Shown in pieces: positions 43,700 through 56,838 of a DNA stretch of 64,000 nt (within the stretch, counting starts at the first letter, position 1; every line of letters begins with the position of its first letter). The stretch is from Auanema rhodensis (lineage: Eukaryota > Animalia > Nematoda). The stretch lies in the NCBI GenBank assembly GCA_964057225.1, contig OZ059900.1:16244001-16308000 (forward strand), in the 5' to 3' direction. The position numbers were made by a program, and so were the translations under genes. The notes beneath the pieces are model-generated. The model made no database searches. It had not been told where the DNA came from and worked only from the letters and a program-made list of their open reading frames with translations.

Positions 43700-46600
43700 T
43701 AGTATGTAACACGCTGAAATTCGTTGCATTTGACGACTCATATGAACAAAAATCGATTTAATCAATATTAGCCATAAGGGCCGTGCCCTCAGAATATGCT
43801 AACTTCCTTAATTTTCTAACCCCTGTTTTTTTGTCGTGAAAGTGGAACTAGACGTTGTACGAACAATTTTGAGCTAGGTTTCATTGACATTGCATGAGTT
43901 TGAACACATGAAATCGTAAGTCAAAACCTTGTTTACAGCGAAATTTCCAAAAACTGGTTTTCCAGCATAATAAAATATTTCTCATGGGAAATATTGTGTT
44001 TTTGTATTTTTCTAGTGTTCAGCATGTAAAATGCTTCATTTTAGTATGTAACACGCTGAAATTCGTTGCATTTGACGACTCATATGAACAAAAATCGATT
44101 TAATCAATATTAGCAATAAGGGGCGTGCCCTCAGAATATGCTAATTTCCTTAATTTTCTAACCCCTGTTTTTTTGTCGTGAAAGTGGAACTAGACGTTGT
44201 ACGAACAATTTTGAGCTAGGTTTCATTGACATTGCATGAGTTTGAACACATGAAATCGTAAGTCAAACCTTGTTTACAGCGAAATTTCCAAAAACTGGTT
44301 TTCCAGCATAATAAAATATTTCTCATGGGAAATACTGTGTTTTTGTATTTTTCTAGTGTTCAGCATGTAAAATGCTTCATTTTAGTATGTAACACGCTGA
44401 AATTCGTTGCATTTGACGACTCATATGAACAAAAATCGATTTAATCAATATTAGCCATAAGGGGCGTGCCCTCAGAATATGCTAATTTCCTTAATTTTCT
44501 AACCCCTGTTTTTTTGTCGTGAAAGTGGAACTAGACGTTGTACGAACAATTTTGAGCTAGGTTTCATTGACATTGCATGAGTTTGAACACATGAAATCGT
44601 AAGTCAAAACCTTGTTTACAGCGAAATTTCCAAAAACTGGTTTTCCAGCATAATAAAATATTTCTCATGGGAAATACTGTGTTTTTGTATTTTTCTAGTG
44701 TTCAGCATGTAAAATGCTTCATTTTAGTATGTAACACGCTGAAATTCGTTGCATTTGACGACTCATATGAACAAAAATCGATTTAATCAATATTAGCTAT
44801 AAGGGGCGTGCCCTCAGAATATGCTAATTTCCTTAATTTTCTAACCCCTGTTTTTTTGTCGTGAAAGTGGAACTAGACGTTGTACGAACAATTTTGAGCT
44901 AAGTTTCATTGACATTGCATGAGTTTGAACACATGAAATCGTAAGTCAAAACCTTGTTTACAGCGAAATTTCCAAAAACTGGTTTTCCAGCATAATAAAA
45001 TATTTCTCATGGGAAATACTGTGTTTTTGTTTTTTTCTAGTGTTCAGCATGTAAAATGCTTCATTTTAGTATGTAACATGCAGAAATTCGTTGCATTTGA
45101 CGACTCATATGAACAAAAATCGATTTAATCAATATTAGCCATAAGGGGCGTGCCCTCAGAATATACTAATTTCCTTAATTTTCTAACCCCTTTTTTTTTG
45201 TCGTGAAAGTGGAACTAGACGTTGTACGAACAATTTTGAGCTAGGTTTCATTGACATTGCATGAGTTTGAACACATGAAATCGTAAGTCAAAACCTTGTT
45301 TACAGCGAAATTTCCAAAAACTGGTTTTCCAGCATAATAAAATATTTCTCATGGGAAATACTGTGTTTTTGTATTTTTCTAGTGTTCAGCATGTAAAATG
45401 CTTCATTTTAGTATGTAACACGCTGAAATTCGTTGCATTTGACGACTCATATGAACAAAAATCGATTTAATCAATATTAGCCATAAGGGGCGTGCCCTCA
45501 GAATATGCTAACTTCCTTAATTTTCTAACCCCTGTTTTTTTTGTCGTGAAAGTGGAACTAGACGTTGTACGAACAATTTTGAGCTAGGTTTCATTGACAT
45601 TGCAAGAGTTTGAACACATGAAATCGTAAGTCAAAACCTTGTTTACAGCGAAATTTCCAAAAACTGGTTTTCCAGCATAATAAAATATTTCTCATGGGAA
45701 ATACTGTGTTTTTGTTTTTTTCTAGTGTTCAGCATGTAAAATGCTTCATTTTAGTATGTAACACGCTGAAATTCGTTGCATTTGACGACTCATATGAACA
45801 AAAATCGATTTAATCAATATTAGCCATAAGGGCCGTGCCCTCAGAATATGCTAACTTCCTTAATTTTCTAACCCCTGTTTTTTTGTCGTGAAAGTGGAAC
45901 TAGACGTTGTACGAACAATTTTGAGCTAGGTTTCATTGACATTGCATGAGTTTGAACACATGAAATCGTAAGTCAAAACCTTGTTTACAGCGAAATTTCC
46001 AAAAACTGGTTTTCCAGCATAATAAAATATTTCTCATGGGAAATATTGTGTTTTTGTATTTTTCTAGTGTTCAGCATGTAAAATGCTTCATTTTAGTATG
46101 TAACACGCTGAAATTCGTTGCATTTGACGACTCATATGAACAAAAATCGATTTAATCAATATTAGCAATAAGGGGCGTGCCCTCAGAATATGCTAATTTC
46201 CTTAATTTTCTAACCCCTGTTTTTTTGTCGTGAAAGTGGAACTAGACGTTGTACGAACAATTTTGAGCTAGGTTTCATTGACATTGCATGAGTTTGAACA
46301 CATGAAATCGTAAGTCAAACCTTGTTTACAGCGAAATTTCCAAAAACTGGTTTTCCAGCATAATAAAATATTTCTCATGGGAAATACTGTGTTTTTGTAT
46401 TTTTCTAGTGTTCAGCATGTAAAATGCTTCATTTTAGTATGTAACACGCTGAAATTCGTTGCATTTGACGACTCATATGAACAAAAATCGATTTAATCAA
46501 TACTAGCCATAAGGGGCGTGCCCTCAGAATATGCTAATTTCCTTAATTTTCTAACCCCTGTTTTTTTGTCGTGAAAGTGGAACTAGACGTTGTACGAACA

Positions 46601-49600
46601 ATTTTGAGCTAGGTTTCATTGACATTGCATGAGTTTGAACACATGAAATCGTAAGTCAAAACCTTGTTTACAGCGAAATTTCCAAAAACTGGTTTTCCAG
46701 CATAATAAAATATTTCTCATGGGAAATACTGTGTTTTTGTATTTTTCTAGTGTTCAGCATGTAAAATGCTTCATTTTAGTATGTAACACGCTGAAATTCG
46801 TTGCATTTGACGACTCATATGAACAAAAATCGATTTAATCAATATTAGCTATAAGGGGCGTGCCCTCAGAATATGCTAATTTCCTTAATTTTCTAACCCC
46901 TGTTTTTTTGTCGTGAAAGTGGAACTAGACGTTGTACGAACAATTTTGAGCTAGGTTTCATTGACATTGCATGAGTTTGAACACATGAAATCGTAAGTCA
47001 AACCTTGTTTACAGCGAAATTTCCAAAAACTGGTTTTCCAGCATAATAAAATATTTCTCATGGGAAATACTGTGTTTTTGTATTTTTCTAGTGTTCAGCA
47101 TGTAAAATGCTTCATTTTAGTATGTAACACGCTGAAATTCGTTGCATTTGACGACTCATATGAACAAAAATCGATTTAATCAATACTAGCCATAAGGGGC
47201 GTGCCCTCAGAATATGCTAATTTCCTTAATTTTCTAACCCCTGTTTTTTTGTCGTGAAAGTGGAACTAGACGTTGTACGAACAATTTTGAGCTAGGTTTC
47301 ATTGACATTGCATGAGTTTGAACACATGAAATCGTAAGTCAAAACCTTGTTTACAGCGAAATTTCCAAAAACTGGTTTTCCAGCATAATAAAATATTTCT
47401 CATGGGAAATACTGTGTTTTTGTATTTTTCTAGTGTTCAGCATGTAAAATGCTTCATTTTAGTATGTAACACGCTGAAATTCGTTGCATTTGACGACTCA
47501 TATGAACAAAAATCGATTTAATCAATATTAGCTATAAGGGGCGTGCCCTCAGAATATGCTAATTTCCTTAATTTTCTAACCCCTGTTTTTTTGTCGTGAA
47601 AGTGGAACTAGACGTTGTACGAACAATTTTGAGCTAAGTTTCATTGACATTGCATGAGTTTGAACACATGAAATCGTAAGTCAAAACCTTGTTTACAGCG
47701 AAATTTCCAAAAACTGGTTTTCCAGCATAATAAAATATTTCTCATGGGAAATACTGTGTTTTTGTTTTTTTCTAGTGTTCAGCATGTAAAATGCTTCATT
47801 TTAGTATGTAACATGCAGAAATTCGTTGCATTTGACGACTCATATGAACAAAAATCGATTTAATCAATATTAGCCATAAGGGGCGTGCCCTCAGAATATG
47901 CTAATTTCCTTAATTTTCTAACCCTTGTTTTTTTGTCGTGAAAGTGGAACTAGACGTTGTACGAACAATTTTGAGCTAGGTTTCATTGACATTGCATGAG
48001 TTTGAACACATGAAATCGTAAGTCAAAACCTTGTTTACAGCGAAATTTCCAAAAACTGGTTTTCCAGCATAATAAAATATTTCTCATGGGAAATACTGTG
48101 TTTTTGTATTTTTCTAGTGTTCAGCATGTAAAATGCTTCATTTTAGTATGTAACACGCTGAAATTCGTTGCATTTGACGACTCATATGAACAAAAATCGA
48201 TTTAATCAATATTAGCCATAAGGGGCGTGCCCTCAGAATATGCTAACTTCCTTAATTTTCTAACCCCTGTTTTTTTTGTCGTGAAAGTGGAACTAGACGT
48301 TGTACGAACAATTTTGAGCTAGGTTTCATTGACATTGCAAGAGTTTGAACACATGAAATCGTAAGTCAAAACCTTGTTTACAGCGAAATTTCCAAAAACT
48401 GGTTTTCCAGCATAATAAAATATTTCTCATGGGAAATACTGTGTTTTTGTTTTTTTCTAGTGTTCAGCATGTAAAATGCTTCATTTTAGTATGTAACACG
48501 CTGAAATTCGTTGCATTTGACGACTCATATGAACAAAAATCGATTTAATCAATATTAGCCATAAGGGCCGTGCCCTCAGAATATGCTAACTTCCTTAATT
48601 TTCTAACCCCTGTTTTTTTGTCGTGAAAGTGGAACTAGACGTTGTACGAACAATTTTGAGCTAGGTTTCATTGACATTGCATGAGTTTGAACACATGAAA
48701 TCGTAAGTCAAAACCTTGTTTACAGCGAAATTTCCAAAAACTGGTTTTCCAGCATAATAAAATATTTCTCATGGGAAATATTGTGTTTTTGTATTTTTCT
48801 AGTGTTCAGCATGTAAAATGCTTCATTTTAGTATGTAACACGCTGAAATTCGTTGCATTTGACGACTCATATGAACAAAAATCGATTTAATCAATATTAG
48901 CAATAAGGGGCGTGCCCTCAGAATATGCTAATTTCCTTAATTTTCTAACCCCTGTTTTTTTGTCGTGAAAGTGGAACTAGACGTTGTACGAACAATTTTG
49001 AGCTAGGTTTCATTGACATTGCATGAGTTTGAACACATGAAATCGTAAGTCAAACCTTGTTTACAGCGAAATTTCCAAAAACTGGTTTTCCAGCATAATA
49101 AAATATTTCTCATGGGAAATACTGTGTTTTTGTATTTTTCTAGTGTTCAGCATGTAAAATGCTTCATTTTAGTATGTAACACGCTGAAATTCGTTGCATT
49201 TGACGACTCATATGAACAAAAATCGATTTAATCAATACTAGCCATAAGGGGCGTGCCCTCAGAATATGCTAATTTCCTTAATTTTCTAACCCCTGTTTTT
49301 TTGTCGTGAAAGTGGAACTAGACGTTGTACGAACAATTTTGAGCTAGGTTTCATTGACATTGCATGAGTTTGAACACATGAAATCGTAAGTCAAAACCTT
49401 GTTTACAGCGAAATTTCCAAAAACTGGTTTTCCAGCATAATAAAATATTTCTCATGGGAAATACTGTGTTTTTGTATTTTTCTAGTGTTCAGCATGTAAA
49501 ATGCTTCATTTTAGTATGTAACACGCTGAAATTCGTTGCATTTGACGACTCATATGAACAAAAATCGATTTAATCAATATTAGCTATAAGGGGCGTGCCC

Positions 49601-51400
49601 TCAGAATATGCTAATTTCCTTAATTTTCTAACCCCTGTTTTTTTGTCGTGAAAGTGGAACTAGACGTTGTACGAACAATTTTGAGCTAAGTTTCATTGAC
49701 ATTGCATGAGTTTGAACACATGAAATCGTAAGTCAAAACCTTGTTTACAGCGAAATTTCCAAAAACTGGTTTTCCAGCATAATAAAATATTTCTCATGGG
49801 AAATACTGTGTTTTTGTTTTTTTCTAGTGTTCAGCATGTAAAATGCTTCATTTTAGTATGTAACATGCAGAAATTCGTTGCATTTGACGACTCATATGAA
49901 CAAAAATCGATTTAATCAATATTAGCCATAAGGGGCGTGCCCTCAGAATATGCTAATTTCCTTAATTTTCTAACCCTTGTTTTTTTGTCGTGAAAGTGGA
50001 ACTAGACGTTGTACGAACAATTTTGAGCTAGGTTTCATTGACATTGCATGAGTTTGAACACATGAAATCGTAAGTCAAAACCTTGTTTACAGCGAAATTT
50101 CCAAAAACTGGTTTTCCAGCATAATAAAATATTTCTCATGGGAAATACTGTGTTTTTGTATTTTTCTAGTGTTCAGCATGTAAAATGCTTCATTTTAGTA
50201 TGTAACACGCTGAAATTCGTTGCATTTGACGACTCATATGAACAAAAATCGATTTAATCAATATTAGCCATAAGGGGCGTGCCCTCAGAATATGCTAACT
50301 TCCTTAATTTTCTAACCCCTGTTTTTTTTGTCGTGAAAGTGGAACTAGACGTTGTACGAACAATTTTGAGCTAGGTTTCATTGACATTGCAAGAGTTTGA
50401 ACACATGAAATCGTAAGTCAAAACCTTGTTTACAGCGAAATTTCCAAAAACTGGTTTTCCAGCATAATAAAATATTTCTCATGGGAAATACTGTGTTTTT
50501 GTTTTTTTCTAGTGTTCAGCATGTAAAATGCTTCATTTTAGTATGTAACACGCTGAAATTCGTTGCATTTGACGACTCATATGAACAAAAATCGATTTAA
50601 TCAATATTAGCTATAAGGGGCGTGCCCTCAGAATATGCTAATTTCCTTAATTTTCTAACCCCTGTTTTTTTGTCGTGAAAGTGGAACTAGACGTTGTACG
50701 AACAATTTTGAGCTAAGTTTCATTGACATTGCATGAGTTTGAACACATGAAATCGTAAGTCAAAACCTTGTTTACAGCGAAATTTCCAAAAACTGGTTTT
50801 CCAGCATAATAAAATATTTCTCATGGGAAATACTGTGTTTTTGTTTTTTTCTAGTGTTCAGCATGTAAAATGCTTCATTTTAGTATGTAACATGCAGAAA
50901 TTCGTTGCATTTGACGACTCATATGAACAAAAATCGATTTAATCAATATTAGCCATAAGGGGCGTGCCCTCAGAATATGCTAATTTCCTTAATTTTCTAA
51001 CCCTTGTTTTTTTGTCGTGAAAGTGGAACTAGACGTTGTACGAACAATTTTGAGCTAGGTTTCATTGACATTGCATGAGTTTGAACACATGAAATCGTAA
51101 GTCAAAACCTTGTTTACAGCGAAATTTCCAAAAACTGGTTTTCCAGCATAATAAAATATTTCTCATGGGAAATACTGTGTTTTTGTATTTTTCTAGTGTT
51201 CAGCATGTAAAATGCTTCATTTTAGTATGTAACACGCTGAAATTCGTTGCATTTGACGACTCATATGAACAAAAATCGATTTAATCAATATTAGCCATAA
51301 GGGCCGTGCCCTCAGAATATGCTAACTTCCTTAATTTTCTAACCCCTGTTTTTTTGTCGTGAAAGTGGAACTAGACGTTGTACGAACAATTTTGAGCTAG
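43700..51400 (+). repeat. Irregular 6/8-monomer higher-order repeat block (boundaries approximate)
   Basis: Marker GGGCCGTGCCC with CTAACTTCC at 43781, 45833, 48568 and 51304 gives spacings 2052, 2735 and 2736. Linked variants are AATATTGTG, AGCAATAA, AGCTATAA, CATGCAG and TGCAAGAG. Confidence 0.8.
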
Positions 51401-54400
51401 GTTTCATTGACATTGCATGAGTTTGAACACATGAAATCGTAAGTCAAAACCTTGTTTACAGCGAAATTTCCAAAAACTGGTTTTCCAGCATAATAAAATA
51501 TTTCTCATGGGAAATACTGTGTTTTTGTTTTTTTCTAGTGTTCAGCATGTAAAATGCTTCATTTTAGTATGTAACACGCTGAAATTCGTTGCATTTGACG
51601 ACTCATATGAACAAAAATCGATTTAATCAATATTAGCCATAAGGGGCGTGCCCTCAGAATATGCTAATTTCCTTAATTTTCTAACCCCTGTTTTTTTGTC
51701 GTGAAAGTGGAACTAGACGTTGTACGAACAATTTTGAGCTAGGTTTCATTGACATTGCATGAGTTTGAACACATGAAATCGTAAGTCAAAACCTTGTTTA
51801 CAGCGAAATTTCCAAAAACTGGTTTTCCAGCATAATAAAATATTTCTCATGGGAAATATTGTGTTTTTGTATTTTTCTAGTGTTCAGCATGTAAAATGCT
51901 TCATTTTAGTATGTAACACGCTGAAATTCGTTGCATTTGACGACTCATATGAACAAAAATCGATTTAATCAATATTAGCCATAAGGGGCGTGCCCTCAGA
52001 ATATGCTAATTTCCTTAATTTTCTAACCCCTGTTTTTTTGTCGTGAAAGTGGAACTAGACGTTGTACAAACAATTTTGAGCTAGGTTTCATTGACATTGC
52101 ATGAGTTTGAACACATGAAATCGTAAGTCAAATCCTTGTTTACAGCGAAATTTCCAAAAACTGGTTTTCCAGCATAATAAAATATTTCTCATGGGAAATA
52201 CTGTGTTTTTGTATTTTTCTAGTGTTCAGCATGTAAAATGCTTCATTTTAGTATGTAACACGCTGAAATTCGTTGCATTTGACGACTCATATGAACAAAA
52301 ATCGATTTAATCAATATTAGCCATAAGGGGCGTGCCCTCAGAATATGCTAATTTCCTTAATTTTCTAACCCCTGTTTTTTTGTCGTGAAAGTGGAACTAG
52401 ACGTTGTACGAACAATTTTGAGCTAAGTTTCATTGACATTGCATGAGTTTGAACACATGAAATCGTATGTCAAAACCTTGTTTACAGCGAAATTTCCAAA
52501 AACTGGTTTTCCAGCATAATAAAATATTTCTCATGGGAAATACTGTGTTTTTGTTTTTTTCTAGTGTTCAGCATGTAAAATGCTTCATTTTAGTATGTAA
52601 CACGCTGAAATTCGTTGCATTTGACGACTCATATGAACAAAAATCGATTTAATCAATATTAGCCATAAGGGGCGTGCCCTCAGAATATACTAATTTCCTT
52701 AATTTTCTAACCCCTTTTTTTTTGTCGTGAAAGTGGAACTAGACGTTGTACGAACAATTTTGAGCTAGGTTTCATTGACATTGCATGAGTTTGAACACAT
52801 GAAATCGTAAGTCAAAACCTTGTTTACAGCGAAATTTCCAAAAACTGGTTTTCCAGCATAATAAAATATTTCTCATGGGAAATACTGTGTTTTTGTATTT
52901 TTCTAGTGTTCAGCATGTAAAATGCTTCATTTTAGTATGTAACACGCTGAAATTCGTTGCATTTGACGACTCATATGAACAAAAATCGATTTAATCATTA
53001 TTAGCCATAAGGGGCGTGCCCTCAGAATATGCTAATTTCCTTAATTTTCTAACCCCTGTTTTTTTGTCGTGAAAGTGGAACTAGACGTTGTACGAACAAT
53101 TTTGAGTTAGGTTTCATTGACATTGCATGAGTTTGAACACATGAAATCGTAAGTCAAAACCTTGTTTACAGCGAAATTTCCAAAAACTGGTTTTCCAGCA
53201 TAATAAAATATTTCTCATGGGAAATACTGTGTTTTTGTATTTTTCTAGTGTTCAGCATGTAAAATGCTTCATTTTAGTATGTAACACGCTGAAATTCGTT
53301 GCATTTGACGACTCATATGAACAAAAATCGATTTAATCAATATTAGCCATAAGGGGCGTGCCCTCAGAATATGCTAATTTCCTTAATTTTCTAACCCCTG
53401 TTTTTTTGTCGTGAAAGTGGAACTAGACGTTGTACGAACAATTTTGAGCTAGGTTTCATTGACATTGCATGAGTTTGAACACATGAAATCGTAAGTCAAA
53501 ACCTTGTTTACAGCGAAATTTCCAAAAACTGGTTTTCCAGCATAATAAAATATTTCTCATGGGAAATACTGTGTTTTTGTTTTTTTCTAGTGTTCAGCAT
53601 GTAAAATGCTTCATTTTAGTATGTAACACGCTGAAATTCGTTGCATTTGACGACTCATATGAACAAAAATCGATTTAATCAATATTAGCCATAAGGGGCG
53701 TGCCCTCAGAATATACTAATTTCCTTAATTTTCTAACCCCTGTTTTTTTGTCGTGAAAGTGGAACTAGACGTTGTACGAACAATTTTGAGCTAGGTTTCA
53801 TTGACATTGCATGAGTTTGAACACATGAAATCGTAAGTCAAAACCTTGTTTACAGCGAAATTTCCAAAAACTGGTTTTCCAGCATAATAAAATATTTCTC
53901 ATGGGAAATACTGTGTTTTTGTATTTTTCTAGTGTTCAGCATGTAAATTGCTTCATTTTAGTATGTAACACGCTGAAATTCGTTGCATTTGACGACTCAT
54001 ATGAACAAAAATCGATTTAATCAATATTAGCCATAAGGGGCGTGCCCTCAGAATATGCTAATTTCCTTAATTTTCTAACCCCTGTTTTTTTGTCGTGAAA
54101 GTGGAACTAGACGTTGTACGAACAATTTTGAGCTAAGTTTCATTGACATTGCATGAGTTTGAACACATGAAATCGTATGTCAAAACCTTGTTTACAGCGA
54201 AATTTCCAAAAACTGGTTTTCCAGCATAATAAAATATTTCTCATGGGAAATACTGTGTTTTTGTTTTTTTCTAGTGTTCAGCATGTAAAATGCTTCGTTT
54301 TAGTATGTAACACGCTGAAATTCGTTGCATTTGACGACTCATATGAACAAAAATCGATTTAATCAATATTAGCCATAAGGGGCGTGCCCTCAGAATATAC

Positions 54401-56593
54401 TAATTTCCTTAATTTTCTAACCCCTGTTTTTTTGTCGTGAAAGTGGAACTAGACGTTGTACGAACAATTTTGAGCTAGGTTTCATTGACATTGCATGAGT
54501 TTGAACACATGAAATCGTAAGTCAAAACCTTGTTTACAGCGAAATTTCCAAAAACTGGTTTTCCAGCATAATAAAATATTTCTCATGGGAAATACTGTGT
54601 TTTTGTATTTTTCTAGTGTTCAGCATGTAAAATGCTTCATTTTAGTATGTAACACGCTGAAATTCGTTGCATTTGACGACTCATATGAACAAAAATCGAT
54701 TTAATCAATATTAGCCATAAGGGGCGTGCCCTCAGAATATACTAATTTCCTTAATTTTCTAACCCCTGTTTTTTTGTCGTGAAAGTGGAACTAGACGTTG
54801 TACGAACAATTTTGAGCTAGGTTTCATTGACATTGCATGAGTTTGAACACATGAAATCGTAAGTCAAAACCTTGTTTACAGCGAAATTTCCAAAAACTGG
54901 TTTTCCAGCATAATAAAATATTTCTCATGGGAAATACTGTGTTTTTGTATTTTTCTAGTGTTCAGCATGTAAAATGCTTCATTTTAGTATGTAACACGCT
55001 GAAATTCGTTGCATTTGACGACTCATATGAACAAAAATCGATTTAATCATTATTAGCCATAAGGGGCGTGCCCTCAGAATATGCTAATTTCCTTAATTTT
55101 CTAACCCCTGTTTTTTTGTCGTGAAAGTGGAACTAGACGTTCTACGAACAATTTTGAGTTAGGTTTCATTGACATTGCATGAGTTTGAACACATGAAATC
55201 GTAAGTCAAAACCTTGTTTACAGCGAAATTTCCAAAAACTGGTTTTCCAGCATAATAAAATATTTCTCATGGGAAATACTGTGTTTTTGTATTTTTCTAG
55301 TGTTCAGCATGTAAAATGCTTCATTTTAGTATGTAACACGCTGAAATTCGTTGCATTTGACGACTCATATGAACAAAAATCGATTTAATCAATATTAGCC
55401 ATAAGGGGCGTGCCCTCAGAATATGCTAATTTCCTTAATTTTCTAACCCCTGTTTTTTTGTCGTGAAAGTGGAACTAGACGTTGTACGAACAATTTTGAG
55501 CTAGGTTTCATTGACATTGCATGAGTTTGAACACATGAAATCGTAAGTCAAAACCTTGTTTACAGCGAAATTTCCAAAAACTGGTTTTCCAGCATAATAA
55601 AATATTTCTCATGGGAAATACTGTGTTTTTGTATTTTTCTAGTGTTCAGCATGTAAAATGCTTCATTTTAGTATGTAACACGCTGAAATTCGTTGCATTT
55701 GACGACTCATATGAACAAAAATCGATTTAATCAATATTAGCTATAAGGGGCGTGCCCTCAGAATATGCTAATTTCCTTAATTTTCTAACCCCTGTTTTTT
55801 TGTCGTGAAAGTAGAACTAGACGTTGTACGAACAATTTTGAGCTAGGTTTCTTTGACATTGCATGAGTTTGAACACATGAAATCGTAAGTCAAAACCTTG
55901 TTTACAGCGAAATTTCCAAAAACTGGTTTTCCAGCATAATAAAATATTTCTCATGGGAAATACTGTGTTTTTGTATTTTTCTAGTGTTCAGCATGTAAAA
56001 TGCTTCATTTTAGTATGTAACACGCTGAAATTCGTTGCATTTGACGACTCATATGAACAAAAATCGATTTAATCATTATTAGCCATAAGGGGCATGCCCT
56101 CAGAATATGCTAATTTCCTTAATTTTCTAACCCCTGTTTTTTTGTCGTGAAAGTGGAACTAGACGTTGTACGAACAATTTTGAGCTAAGTTTCATTGACA
56201 TTGCATGAGTTTGAACACATGAAATCGTAAGTCAAAACCTTGTTTACAGCGAAATTTCCAAAAACTGGTTTTCCAGCATAATAAAATATTTTTCATGGGA
56301 AATACTGTGTTTTTGTATTTTTCTAGTGTTCAGCATGTAAAATGCTTCATTTTAGTATGTAACACGCTGAAATTTGTTGCATTTGACGACTCATATGAAC
56401 AAAAATCGATTTAATCAATATTAGCCATAAGGGGCGTGCCCTCAGAATATGCTAATTTCCTTAATTTTCTAACCCCTGTTTTTTTGTCGTGAAAGTGGAA
56501 CTAGACGTTGTACGAACAATTTTGAGTTAGGTTTCATTGACATTGCATGAGTTTGAACACATGAAATCGTAAGTCAAAACCTTGTTTACAGCG

Positions 56594-56838
56594 ATTTCAG
56601 CGTGTTACATACTAAAATGAAGCATTTTACATGCTGAACACTAGAAAAATACAAAAACACAGTATTTCCCATGAGAAATATTTTATTATGCTGGAAAACC
56701 AGTTTTTGGAAATTTCGCTGTAAACAAGGTTTTGACTTACGATTTCATGTGTTCAAACTCATGCAATGTCAATGAAACTTAGCTCAAAATTGTTCGTACA
56801 ACGTCTAGTTCCACTTTCACGACAAAAAAACAGGGGTT
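56594..56838 (-). repeat. Inverted 245-bp satellite segment, copy 1 (reverse complement of mp150-342 + mp1-52)
   Basis: ATTTCAGCGTGTTACATAC...CACGACAAAAAAACAGGGGTT is the reverse complement of the monomer. It is followed by T, forward GAAATACTGTG (mp320-330), then resumption at mp43 (56851). Confidence 0.97.

Noticed and set aside
12121-50330. 7-T versus 8-T tract length variants after AACCCCTG as meaningful signal
   Set aside because: Homopolymer slippage or sequencing error is sufficient to explain them. I used them only as supporting markers where linked to other SNPs.
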